This document shows, piece by piece, positions 9,004-17,847 of a stretch of 39,083 bases of DNA. The first letter of the stretch is position 1. The number at the start of each line of letters is the position of its first letter. This DNA comes from a virus. Lineage: Duplodnaviria; Caudoviricetes. Where the stretch lies: IMG/VR virus record IMGVR_UViG_3300010376_000073, positions 1 through 39,083 of that record; one strand, 5' to 3'. The translations under genes were made by a program, and so were the position numbers. The notes under the pieces were generated by a model. It was not told where the DNA came from. It made no database searches and saw nothing but the letters and a program-made list of their open reading frames with translations.

Positions 9004-10810
9004 TTGTCATCTGCTCCCTAAATTGCTTGATTAACATGGGTTCTGGAACAAGTTTATTAATATCGTCATATCCAAAATTACGTAATATATGACGCATAAG
9101 AAAATCACTGGCTATAACTGTATTTACTAAATAATCCTGCATCGGTGGTGGCGCTTGCATTAAACCTTGTAAAAGCTGTGCAATTGCCATATAATGCTGT
9201 CGCAGTATATTAACTAACAACATATCAGACTGCTTTTCTATCTCACGGTTAATACTTCCCGTAGCAGCCTTTACCGGGATTCTCATTCTTCCACTTCTGA
9301 TGTTGTCAAAGGCTTTCGTAAGAAATCTTCCCTGATCGCCAAAATAACGGAGCTTAGAACCAATACCAAACTCTGAATACTGTTTAAGAAACGTTTGTCC
9401 CAACAATACATGAGCAAGGCGCATATCATTACTTCTAAGGTTTGATCTTCTATTCCCTGCTTGGAGAGTTGAGAATGTACCCATCGCAGAATAGATTCCA
9501 CGTCTTGGGTTGACGATGCCGCTCCCTGCGGCTGTGATCCCATTATCTACCCCTGTACGTTGCTGTACTAAAGATAAAGCTTGTTGTTCTCGCTCTATAC
9601 CAGTACTAGAAGCACGGCCCATATTATAAACTTCAAATTCATCCTTCCTAAATGGAACTACGGCTGTAGGATAAATTGAAAAATTAGAATCAAGACGAGT
9701 AGCACTATCAGGATCAACCCTATAAACAGAAGTATTTGCAAGAGTTTCATTATCTGCGTAACGGTTATGTTCTGACGTAAGTTCAATTTGGGCGTGTTCC
9801 AGCATCTCTGCAAAACCTTGCTCATAAAGTCCTCTATCAGAATATCCCAACTGCGCGCCTATGAAGATATTCTGATTTTCTGGATACCAATTATACATTG
9901 CCCGTAGAGAAGTTTTAGTACCAAGATGGTAAAATTCAATAATATTAAGCTTCCTAAGCATTCCTCCACTACGTACCCAATATTTATAATGGCATTCATA
10001 GATAAACCATGTCTGATTGTACTCGCTGGCTGAAATATTTACGCCCTGGTCTGTAAGTTTTTCCTGTTTTACCTGATCTATAGATGGTCTATCCGCAGCG
10101 TGAAGTATGGAATCTACCTTGGCCTTATCATAACGACCAGTGAAAGCGCGCTCTTGTAAGTCCCACTTTGACAAAGGCAGAACGTGAAATTTAAACCTTG
10201 CTTCATCAAGCGTAGTAGCTGTAGGGGTACATCCAAAATCTTCAAATGGTATAACTTCTGGCCTTGGACCGTCTTTTGTCTTTTCGTTTCTGTACGTCGG
10301 GGTTCCACGATATTCTCCTACGCAAACAGACTCGAAGTCTGTAATCCAAGGTACTTTTGCCACCGAGAAACCATAACCTATAGCTCCGTCGAATAAAATT
10401 GACTCTACGCGATATAAATCTAGCTCTGCCTTCTCCGTGCCCATGAGCGTAAGGAATTCTTCCACGGCTCGCTTTTGTTCGTCTTGCTCTTCTTCTGTGG
10501 GCCAATCTCCTACTATTTGTATAGGCCATAACGGTGTCGTCTCGTAAATACTTGCCATTATTTGTGCTAAAAGTGTATCTATATTCGTAGCTACCACTTG
10601 TACTACGATGTTCGAAGCCCCACGCCAGGGAAACGTCTTCTGCGGCCTTTCAGGTGTTCCATCTTTTAACTTGCGCCATTTCTTAATCTTATTCTCCCGT
10701 CTCTCACGAAGTGCATCTATAATGCCCATTAAGTTGTCATACACAAAGGAATTTCTACGAGCCTCTTCTTCTGGACTAAACTTAAGTAAAACTGGCTCTT
10801 GGAGAATCAT
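8813..10810 (-). CDS. Portal protein
   Basis: 665 aa right after terL; 'FPW.GASN', 'G..YG.SV.KV.W', 'QRTGV' and a Q/P/G-rich tail are typical of podovirus portals. Confidence 0.85.
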   Translation of the reverse strand: MILQEPVLLKFSPEEEARRNSFVYDNLMGIIDALRERRENKIKKWRKLKDGTPERPQKTFPWRGASNIVVQVVATNIDTLLAQIMASIYETTPLWPIQIVGDWPTEEEQDEQKRAVEEFLTLMGTEKAELDLYRVESILFDGAIGYGFSVAKVPWITDFESVCVGEYRGTPTYRNEKTKDGPRPEVIPFEDFGCTPTATTLDEARFKFHVLPLSKWDLQERAFTGRYDKAKVDSILHAADRPSIDQVKQEKLTDQGVNISASEYNQTWFIYECHYKYWVRSGGMLRKLNIIEFYHLGTKTSLRAMYNWYPENQNIFIGAQLGYSDRGLYEQGFAEMLEHAQIELTSEHNRYADNETLANTSVYRVDPDSATRLDSNFSIYPTAVVPFRKDEFEVYNMGRASSTGIEREQQALSLVQQRTGVDNGITAAGSGIVNPRRGIYSAMGTFSTLQAGNRRSNLRSNDMRLAHVLLGQTFLKQYSEFGIGSKLRYFGDQGRFLTKAFDNIRSGRMRIPVKAATGSINREIEKQSDMLLVNILRQHYMAIAQLLQGLMQAPPPMQDYLVNTVIASDFLMRHILRNFGYDDINKLVPEPMLIKQFREQMTNANKQRTAGGAAGSLTGATAQNVPQQPILPTGSPQQGAGAGGTGNIAEQPNIPVPLGGAPRVQ

Positions 10811-12492
10811 TAATATCCCGCAATATTTGCATTATCAAATGGGTTGTTCTGCCTCTGATGTTGTAGAAAACCTATTAACTCATTCTTCGTAGATACATTG
10901 CCATTCCATACTTCTGGTGCGTAGCCAAGGGTATCAATAATATCCACAGTATGTCCAGAAATAGGCTTCCCACTGGACATACCAATATAATTTCCGAATT
11001 CTTTGTACGCATCTAAATGTGCAGAACGACGCATCCAGAACTGACCTTCAGCGATATAAGGACCAAATGATTCTATTCTCCTGCCCTTTGCATTAGCATT
11101 ATTGTCTGTTTTGAGGGGAACGATATTAAGTCTTCTATTTTCCACTTTATTACGATAATCGAGATAAAACTTGAGAAATTTTTGAGCTGCAACAGTTTCG
11201 AGCCAGACCCGATTAAGTCTCCAGTAATTTGCCAACTCGTAAATTTTATTGACCAACTTTTCATACGTACAAGACTCGGCCCAACAATCAAGGAGATAAA
11301 TACGCAATGGAGTTCTCTGTACACCTGTAACTGTGATTGCATGTCGGCATCGTCCACTATTACCTCCATGATTCGGATCTATAATCATCTGTATCGCCAA
11401 GTCCACAGGCATTATATCTTTTACTATTTCACCTTGTCTAACTTCGTGGACGATTTTTGCGCGTCTGTCTTCTTTACCACAAGCTTCAAGGGTGTAATAT
11501 CTGATTCGCTCAACGTTAAAGAACCTAGTTGATTCTGTAACGGGGTTGTTAAGGTACTGACAGGAGAAATACTGCAATCCGAATCTTGGGATAAGATTAA
11601 GTAACTTCTCTTTTGTCCATTCAAGAGGAAATATAACCTGATCGGTGGGATGCATAGGACAGCATCCCCCGAGCGCGGAATGTGTGACAAATCTAAATCC
11701 AGTGTTATTGTTACGTATCCAGCTATTGAGGTCATTTAATGCCCACCTATTACCTACTACTATTTCATCATTGTCAGTATATTTAAGACGTGGATCACCA
11801 TCAAAGGCACCGGGCAGAAGCCTGTGATAATTTATAGTATTGGACATTACTTTGTCGGAATCTATAGCATCTCGACCTACTAGATCATCTTCCACAGCTC
11901 TCGTGTAGTGACGTGATTGAAGGGCACTGCCAACGCTAAGTACATCGTAAGTTCCTTCTCCGTTAGGGGATTTAACTCTGCGCTTATGTTCTTTGGTAGT
12001 AACAGACCAAATACAGGATGTATCAGGTATGATATCACTGAAAATCCATCTGAAGAGATCGTTATTCTGGTAATGTGAATCAAAACGTAGCCCTATCTTG
12101 TTAACATTTTCTTTGTTCTCACTTATGATAACAGTACGGGTATCTTCATTATGTGCCCATTTCATCCAGCGAATGAATTCATCTCCATATCCCAAAGCCC
12201 GCATATAGGCTTCTTCTTCATCTCTGAATGGCAATGCCCACCACATTGGCGCTGCTTCACTATAAATTGTTGATTTAAAATGATCGCGAGGAATTTCTAT
12301 AACTAGTTTTAAATGTTCAGATTCTACAAGAGAGGCCATGTATTCATGAAGCGGGTCATATAAACGATGACGACGAAGTATTACTTTGCAGAAATAATAA
12401 AGAGAGCCCAAGGCATTTAGCCTGTGGGCTATTCTCTTTTCTTTAGGCGTTTTTAGCAGGGATAGATCTAAAATATCCCAACGCTGTTGCAT
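10810..12492 (-). CDS. terL: Terminase large subunit
   Basis: Walker A variant PRDHFKST, Walker B VEDDLV, GNRW coupling motif, FSCQYLNNP linker, RNase H-like nuclease IIDP...DIIDTL. Confidence 0.9.
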   Translation of the reverse strand: MQQRWDILDLSLLKTPKEKRIAHRLNALGSLYYFCKVILRRHRLYDPLHEYMASLVESEHLKLVIEIPRDHFKSTIYSEAAPMWWALPFRDEEEAYMRALGYGDEFIRWMKWAHNEDTRTVIISENKENVNKIGLRFDSHYQNNDLFRWIFSDIIPDTSCIWSVTTKEHKRRVKSPNGEGTYDVLSVGSALQSRHYTRAVEDDLVGRDAIDSDKVMSNTINYHRLLPGAFDGDPRLKYTDNDEIVVGNRWALNDLNSWIRNNNTGFRFVTHSALGGCCPMHPTDQVIFPLEWTKEKLLNLIPRFGLQYFSCQYLNNPVTESTRFFNVERIRYYTLEACGKEDRRAKIVHEVRQGEIVKDIMPVDLAIQMIIDPNHGGNSGRCRHAITVTGVQRTPLRIYLLDCWAESCTYEKLVNKIYELANYWRLNRVWLETVAAQKFLKFYLDYRNKVENRRLNIVPLKTDNNANAKGRRIESFGPYIAEGQFWMRRSAHLDAYKEFGNYIGMSSGKPISGHTVDIIDTLGYAPEVWNGNVSTKNELIGFLQHQRQNNPFDNANIAGY

Positions 12493-13143
12493 TTAAATGG
12501 CCCTGTTTTGAAGTTGACGAAGGGCGCGACGGCAACCAAGGAGACAAAGACCAGACAAAAGCAGCATGATGGTACTAATTTCCGGTACTGGCGCCGGAGT
12601 TTCAATTGTAACAGTCCCACCACCAATTACTCCTGTTAAATCATCCCCTGCTATATGAGACTGCCCAAATGTAATACTAACACTTCCATCTGGATTCCAC
12701 TCTGGCCCAAGTCCAAATTTTGCTAGAACAGCGGAGCTTACACTGGTAACCTTGAATTCCCCTGCAAATGCTCCCTCATCTTCTCCACGCTGTGAAAGCA
12801 AATGAGAATGGTCAAACATTGGCATCCCAGATACAAAAATCATGTGGCCACTGGCAATACTTACGCTACCTCCAGTGGTATATTCTGCCTCATAGCGAAC
12901 AGCATCCGAAGTAATACTGCTAGCCGGACCAGTACTAGCATTGAAAAAGCCACTTAGCGGAAATTCCAAGTGTTTTTCAGTATCGCTAACAATAATATTC
13001 AAAGCTGGACCAGCAGTCATGCCAGCAAGAGAACTACTGATATTAACTACAGGAGCATTCGACTCGATAAAAGAGAATGTAATCTCATCCGCAAGAGCAA
13101 AAGTAGCTGAAAACAATGCAAAAACAAGAACTCTCCAAAGCAT
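12493..13143 (-). CDS. PEP-CTERM (exosortase-sorted) surface protein
   Basis: Sec signal MLWRVLVFALFSATFALA|DEITF; C-terminus PVPEISTIMLLLSGLCLLGCRRALR has a VPE motif, a TM helix and an Arg cluster. Confidence 0.8.
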   Translation of the reverse strand: MLWRVLVFALFSATFALADEITFSFIESNAPVVNISSSLAGMTAGPALNIIVSDTEKHLEFPLSGFFNASTGPASSITSDAVRYEAEYTTGGSVSIASGHMIFVSGMPMFDHSHLLSQRGEDEGAFAGEFKVTSVSSAVLAKFGLGPEWNPDGSVSITFGQSHIAGDDLTGVIGGGTVTIETPAPVPEISTIMLLLSGLCLLGCRRALRQLQNRAI

Positions 13144-13158
13144 CTTTCACTTCCTTTC

Positions 13159-13686
13159 CTATTGAACAGTGTTTGTTACTGGTGGAATTTCAGCATCTTT
13201 ATCTTTATCTTTAGCACGTTCAGCTTGAATTTTCTTGATTTCAAGTAGATTCTGAGCAATTTCGTCATCTATTACAGTTCCCACACCACCTTGCTCATCT
13301 GTAGCTAGACCAATACGAGAAACTTTTGCTAGAGTTCCCTCTCTGTCGAGAATTTCACTACAGGCTTTTACCTTTACATGCTCATTAGAACTACGCGCCG
13401 CGTCAAAGAGTCCTTGGAGGGCAAGTGGAACCATGTTACGAAGACGCTCATATTTATATTTCTGATCCTGTATTAACTCTTCCTCCGCATCTGTCACGAC
13501 CCCGGTACGTACTGCAATACGTATCCGACCATATTCTGGATCTTGTTTAAGGGTAGCCAATCCAGCAAGAGAAAGATTCAGGAACTCCGCTATTTCTGAG
13601 TCCTTATACAAAGCCGCTTCTAACTGTGCAGCCCGTGCCATGCGTATATAATGCTTAAAATGTTTTGTATTCTGTGTCTGAGCCAT
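13159..13686 (-). CDS. Putative terminase small subunit
   Basis: N-terminal HTH-like 'DSEIAEFLNLS' and 'VKVKACSEILDREG' motif; upstream of terL. Confidence 0.65.
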   Translation of the reverse strand: MAQTQNTKHFKHYIRMARAAQLEAALYKDSEIAEFLNLSLAGLATLKQDPEYGRIRIAVRTGVVTDAEEELIQDQKYKYERLRNMVPLALQGLFDAARSSNEHVKVKACSEILDREGTLAKVSRIGLATDEQGGVGTVIDDEIAQNLLEIKKIQAERAKDKDKDAEIPPVTNTVQ

Positions 13687-13688
13687 GT

Positions 13689-13907
13689 TTAGTATTCAGT
13701 CCCATTTGTTATAAACTGCCCACGTGCACGGCTTTTACGTGCCCTGTCTTCTGGTTCAAGGCGGCCCATTTCTGGAAAGTTGCCATAGCGTGTCTTGCCC
13801 GTTCCAGCATCACTGCCCTTTGGTTGTTTACCTGGTAACATCCCATGTTTTAAACGGTCGCAAGATCCAAAACTATGTATCGATGCATGTCCAATCTTAT
13901 ACGGCAT
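13689..13907 (-). CDS. Small basic hypothetical protein
   Basis: 72 aa, GAGG RBS, packed against terS. Confidence 0.55.
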   Translation of the reverse strand: MPYKIGHASIHSFGSCDRLKHGMLPGKQPKGSDAGTGKTRYGNFPEMGRLEPEDRARKSRARGQFITNGTEY

Positions 13908-14085
13908 CCTCTGTTTCCTTCTCTATTATAACTGTCGCCCCAAGTGCTTCAAGTTCCTGCGGGGTATAAGAGTCAAACACAGCTTCATCCGGTTCAAAGT
14001 CAATTGTGTATTTCTGCTGTAAATATTTATATAGGGCTTTAGTAGCTGGCGAGTCTGTACCCATAAGTGCCATGGATAGTGCCAC
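13897..14085 (-). CDS. Small hypothetical protein, first gene of late operon (start probably ATG 14073 or 14064)
   Basis: Overlaps next gene; lies just downstream of a TTGACA promoter. Confidence 0.5.
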   Translation of the reverse strand: MALSMALMGTDSPATKALYKYLQQKYTIDFEPDEAVFDSYTPQELEALGATVIIEKETEDAV

Positions 14086-14135
14086 AAAGTCAAAGCCCTG
14101 TCAAGCTTGGTAACTCCTTTAACCTCTATAACTTA
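14076..14135 (-). promoter_or_regulatory. Leftward sigma70-type promoter with upstream 25-bp element
   Basis: TAAGTTATAGAGGTTAAAGGAGTTA-N6-TTGACA(14104-14099)-N17-CACTAT. Confidence 0.5.
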
Positions 14136-14245
14136 GACCCGGAGCGGGTCTACCCTCGGTATTTTTGAGGCATCTCGGTAATTTTTGAGAAATTTTAGGG
14201 AACCTTCCCCCTCGCGACTTTGCGAGACAAAGTACTTTGAAGGGT
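14134..14245. repeat. Array of short hairpins and direct repeats
   Basis: TAGACCC-N5-GGGTCTA (14134-14152); CTCGGTA(A)TTTTTGAG twice (14155-14169, 14174-14189); CTCGC-N6-GCGAG (14211-14226); palindrome CAAAGTACTTTG (14228-14239). Confidence 0.7.
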
Positions 14246-14616
14246 GGGGTCTGGCGCTAAGGAATGCTTAACGTATCCTTATATTATCCTATTCATATTG
14301 CTAACGTATCGTATTAGTATTCTCGCACAGACCTGCTCTCATACGCTCTCGTACTATAGTAGTACGTAACAAATCTTTACAATATTTTAAGCATACGGCT
14401 GCCCGGATATTTGTATAATGCCGTTGTACGTTGTACGTTGTACGGGGCAGTCGAAAGCGGACGCGGGCTGAAAATCTTAAACGCACGTTGTTTAGCACGG
14501 CGTTTCGGTGAATACAACCTGCGGATCACAGGTCTTTGACATCCGGTGGTTTACCAGTAATGTGATACTCATGTATCACACAACACCCGCATAAGCGGGA
14601 GAAATGGACGTGTCTC

Positions 14617-14973
14617 GTGGAAGCGAATGAAGTTGTTGAAATTGTAGAGTCGAATGGATTAGCGCAGTTTGGCGATTACATCGTGTCTGCGAAAATTGCG
14701 AGTCTACTCACGGATGTATTTGAGATTCAGAACGATTACGCTAATTGTTCTGAGTATCAAGTGGATGCGCTGCTTGTGGCTGTTGAGAATTTCGTCAAAG
14801 CATCTGCTAGGGCTGTTGTTAATGAGTATGAGCGGACCATCGATGGAATTCAGCGTAAGCGGCAAGAGATGAACCGTGCCGAGGCTATTGCGTTTTTACT
14901 TCGCACCAAGCCCGGTAAAGACCTGCAATCGCGGTCAGTTAAAGCAGAGGCGATTGTTAAGAGGATGAAGTAA
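14617..14973 (+). CDS. Early hypothetical protein
   Basis: 118-aa helical ORF, GTG start uncertain; TTGACA at 14536 upstream. Confidence 0.55.
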   Translation: MEANEVVEIVESNGLAQFGDYIVSAKIASLLTDVFEIQNDYANCSEYQVDALLVAVENFVKASARAVVNEYERTIDGIQRKRQEMNRAEAIAFLLRTKPGKDLQSRSVKAEAIVKRMK

Positions 14974-14974
14974 C

Positions 14975-15166
14975 ATGCAACTTCGGCGAGGTAAGATTTT
15001 CCGCCGGGCACTGCGATCACACCAGCGGGACGTAGTAAAGTCTTGGGGGTGTGATCGCAAGACTATAACACACATACCATATGGTGAGCGCCCGGATTAC
15101 AAGACGCCCACCTACGAAACGGTACATGACTATATTGAGAGATTCTGTGACCGGAAGTTAAAATAG
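14975..15166 (+). CDS. Early hypothetical protein
   Basis: ATG 1 nt after previous stop; followed by a hairpin. Confidence 0.5.
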   Translation: MQLRRGKIFRRALRSHQRDVVKSWGCDRKTITHIPYGERPDYKTPTYETVHDYIERFCDRKLK

Positions 15167-15172
15167 CACGCT

Positions 15173-15199
15173 ATAGCGGGGAGAAATCCTCCCCGCTAT
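15173..15199 (+). terminator. GC-rich hairpin, probable terminator
   Basis: ATAGCGGGGAG-AAATC-CTCCCCGCTAT followed by AT-rich sequence. Confidence 0.55.
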
Positions 15200-15376
15200 T
15201 ATATATTATAACAGCGACGTTGACCGACCCCGTTTAGCATGGGGGGGGGGGTTGGGTTCCTCCCTATAATCCTCCCCTTATATAAAAATATATATATTTA
15301 TTTTTTTTTTTTTTTTTAATATATAAGAACTATATACCTGATGTACGGGGGACAGACACCCACCCATGGGGAAGGG

Positions 15377-15447
15377 TAAGTCCTTCGGAATGAAGGACTT
15401 GAGGGGAAAAAGACCCGTTGACACCGCACTCCAACCACCCATATAAT
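15377..15447 (+). promoter_or_regulatory. Consensus sigma70 promoter with upstream palindrome
   Basis: AAGTCCTTC-N5-GAAGGACTT, then TTGACA(15418)-N18-TATAAT(15442), GGAGG and ATG 15469. Confidence 0.8.
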
Positions 15448-15468
15448 TTTAGTGGGAGGCCGCGAATT

Positions 15469-15954
15469 ATGAATAAGAAGTGCGTTATATGTTATAGGAA
15501 GAATATATTGGAGAAGTATGAGAGAGATGAGATAACGGATGAGGAGTTGTCTCAGATACAGAAGAAGATTAGGTGGGCGATAACAAGTAGTTCACATAGG
15601 ATTAGACTTGTGTGTGGGCCGGATTGTTATGATGAGTTGTTGGAGTTTTATAGGGAGTATAAGGAGGATAATAGGCCTAAGAGATGTGAGAGGAGAAATT
15701 GTCTACATTCGGAGAAGATGCATACTGGAATTGGTGGAAGTTGTATGGCTTCGATGTGTAGGTGTTATGGATTTACAACTGAGGAGGAGCAAAGTAGGAA
15801 AAAGGGTAGGAGTACGGAAAGTGAAGATGAACGAAACTATCGTGTGGAATTGCAAGCTGAAGTAGATAAGACAGTTGCAGAGGGTAATTGGACACCAAAT
15901 ACGGTAGATGAGATTGTTGCAAAGTTAAAGACAAAACAGGGGACACAAAAATGA
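15469..15954 (+). CDS. Cys/His-rich putative Zn-binding early protein
   Basis: Start moved to ATG 15469 (GGAGG RBS); CVIC..C...C and C....C.H....H......C....C.C..F clusters. Confidence 0.65.
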   Translation: MNKKCVICYRKNILEKYERDEITDEELSQIQKKIRWAITSSSHRIRLVCGPDCYDELLEFYREYKEDNRPKRCERRNCLHSEKMHTGIGGSCMASMCRCYGFTTEEEQSRKKGRSTESEDERNYRVELQAEVDKTVAEGNWTPNTVDEIVAKLKTKQGTQK

Positions 15955-16163
15955 CAAGGACAGAGTTAAGGGAGTTAGCAGAATTAATGCGAATTCAAGA
16001 TGATTCTGTACTTGTTTTTCGCTTTAGAATATGGGCAACATCTCATCTTACGGGATTTATTCCAGAGAATGAATCGGGAAAGGGAAATTCGCTGGAATTG
16101 CAAGATCTTGTAAAGTTGTTTTATGCGGAAAAGGAAAAGGAAAAGGAAAAGAAGAAACAATGA
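15951..16163 (+). CDS. Hypothetical protein
   Basis: ATGA coupling at both ends. Confidence 0.6.
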   Translation: MTRTELRELAELMRIQDDSVLVFRFRIWATSHLTGFIPENESGKGNSLELQDLVKLFYAEKEKEKEKKKQ

Positions 16164-16357
16164 CAGTTTTGGACAATGATATAATCAATGGGCTGTTGGA
16201 ACATCTTAAAAAAGAAGGATATACACATGCACAGATAGTACAGTATATGAAGAATCTTGCGGAACAAGATAAGGTAAATCCGATTAAGGTATTTACAATT
16301 GACAATACAGATCAAGAGAGACTGTTACAGGAGTTGGTTAAGTTGAGGAAAATGTAA
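16160..16357 (+). CDS. Hypothetical protein
   Basis: ATGA-coupled; followed by hairpin GGATACACA...TGTGTATCC (16368-16393). Confidence 0.6.
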   Translation: MTVLDNDIINGLLEHLKKEGYTHAQIVQYMKNLAEQDKVNPIKVFTIDNTDQERLLQELVKLRKM

Positions 16358-16535
16358 TTGGAATATCGGATACACAGGATGGCTTGTGTATCCTGTTATT
16401 CTAGTTATATGAGGAAATGAAGAAGTTTGACAACGGACGCTGCTTAGGATTTTGAGTAAATTGAGAGAGCAAGAGGTAGGACAAGTATTTATGAATTGAC
16501 ACTTAGGATGCTTAATGAATTTAAGGAGGAGGTAT

Positions 16536-16637
16536 ATGAGGAGAGAAATTAAGTTCTGGATTTGGTATTGGATGTGTCGGAGGTATATGACACCGGAAAC
16601 GAGAGTACAAATTTTGTCTGTGTGGAGGAATCAATGA
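16536..16637 (+). CDS. 33-aa Trp-rich mini-protein (absent from ORF track)
   Basis: AGGAGGAGG RBS; MRREIKFWIWYWMCRRYMTPETRVQILSVWRNQ*; ATGA overlap with next gene. Confidence 0.55.
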   Translation: MRREIKFWIWYWMCRRYMTPETRVQILSVWRNQ

Positions 16638-16828
16638 GTAAGCAAAAAGAGTATGATGTGTTGGTAATTGTTGTAGAGAAGATTGGTAAGATATACGGAG
16701 AGCCGTCAAAGAAATATTGGCTCGCTACAGTAAGTGACGTGAAAGATGCGGAAGTGCTTGCAGAGTCAACACAGAATGTTGTGTGTGGAATACAGACTTT
16801 TATTGAGTTGACGAGGAATAGGAGCTAA
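16634..16828 (+). CDS. Hypothetical protein
   Basis: Track ORF 16562..16828; start moved to ATG 16634 (GGAGG RBS, ATGA coupling). Confidence 0.6.
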   Translation: MSKQKEYDVLVIVVEKIGKIYGEPSKKYWLATVSDVKDAEVLAESTQNVVCGIQTFIELTRNRS

Positions 16829-16829
16829 C

Positions 16830-16985
16830 ATGTCCCTGCTATATGAAGAGAAGATTCAGTTGGATGAATTAAACAAGCTACTTCAATTCATCTGCACAAA
16901 ACATCCAAACTCAGATTGGCGGAATACGATACTCGATTATATTATCGAGAGAATGCAGGAGATAACAGACAATGAACAGAAGTGA
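16830..16985 (+). CDS. 51-aa hypothetical protein (absent from ORF track)
   Basis: AGGAG RBS; MSLLYEEKIQLDELNKLLQFICTKHPNSDWRNTILDYIIERMQEITDNEQK* fills the gap between neighbours. Confidence 0.6.
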   Translation: MSLLYEEKIQLDELNKLLQFICTKHPNSDWRNTILDYIIERMQEITDNEQK

Positions 16986-17214
16986 GTATGACAATATTAT
17001 GATATCAGAGTGGGATATATACATACAGGAGTATGGTACGAATACCTGCTCTGTGTGTCATTGCAGTGTAGGTGAGAGAAATATCTGTTGTAACGATGGA
17101 CACAGTGATGATTACGCATTGCACATCAATCCGGTTTGTGTAGTGTGTTGTAACAAACACAAAGCGTATTTAGGTATACACAGGGGACAACATCCAGAAG
17201 GAGAGGGACAATGA
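16972..17214 (+). CDS. Cys-rich hypothetical protein
   Basis: AGGAG RBS; CSVCHC, CC and CVVCC clusters. Confidence 0.55.
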   Translation: MNRSEYDNIMISEWDIYIQEYGTNTCSVCHCSVGERNICCNDGHSDDYALHINPVCVVCCNKHKAYLGIHRGQHPEGEGQ

Positions 17215-17450
17215 CAATGACAATGAATTGGTTACAGCGCCTTTTATGTGGACACGCTCATGTAATATTTAGCGACCACGCACATTACATCTGTACAGAA
17301 TGTGGACAGGAGTGGGAAATTCCAGTGGCGCTTCGTGCTGCAAGTGGAGTTTATAAAGTAATTGAGGATCGAATCAGGTTAGAGGAGGAGTACGAGCAGA
17401 TAATTGCATTGGTGGAAAAGTACGTTGGGCAACATGAGTACGATGCGTAG
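17211..17450 (+). CDS. Small Zn-ribbon-like protein
   Basis: LLCGH...ICTECG motif; ATGA coupling. Confidence 0.6.
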   Translation: MTMTMNWLQRLLCGHAHVIFSDHAHYICTECGQEWEIPVALRAASGVYKVIEDRIRLEEEYEQIIALVEKYVGQHEYDA

Positions 17451-17549
17451 GTAGTTGAATTGAAAGGATTTACGTCCCACTATGGGTGCATGGCAAGGTA
17501 TTATACAAAGAGTAACTACTTGACATGCACTCAGGGAGTGACGTAAAAT
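17448..17549 (+). promoter_or_regulatory. Sigma70 promoter with upstream 25-bp element
   Basis: TAGGTAGTTGAATTGAAAGGATTTA (17448-17472); TTGACA(17520)-N18-TAAAAT(17544); AAGGAG RBS follows. Confidence 0.7.
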
Positions 17550-17572
17550 TAACTTAGTTTGAAGGAGACAGA

Positions 17573-17815
17573 ATGGATTATAAAATAACATTTCAGATTC
17601 AAGGATATGGACAGAGCAATGAATCTCCAGGTGTGGAAGTAAAGAATGTAGATAGAGTTGTGTGGCATAATTCAGAATCAGCGAATGAAGATCAGGATGA
17701 TGGTGGGAAGTATAGATATAATACATCCCTCGTTTGGATTTCATTTTATGATAATGATAGTAATATACTTGCAAGTTTTCGTGAGCAAGATGTAAGGTAT
17801 TTTCAGGCAGTTTAA
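17573..17815 (+). CDS. Hypothetical protein
   Basis: AAGGAG RBS, 80 aa. Confidence 0.65.
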   Translation: MDYKITFQIQGYGQSNESPGVEVKNVDRVVWHNSESANEDQDDGGKYRYNTSLVWISFYDNDSNILASFREQDVRYFQAV

Positions 17816-17847
17816 CGTAATTTTAACAATAAGGAGAAAAGAGCAAA

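Noticed and set aside
14422-14444. (CGTTGTA)x3 and nearby repeats as a CRISPR array
   Set aside because: Units are too short and there are no spacers.
14301-14498. Track ORF of 65 aa in the divergent intergenic region
   Set aside because: No RBS; it runs through repeats and hairpins and lies upstream of the leftward promoter.
14561-14580. TGTGA...TCACA as a CRP site
   Set aside because: The spacer is 10 nt, not 6; treated as a plain inverted repeat.
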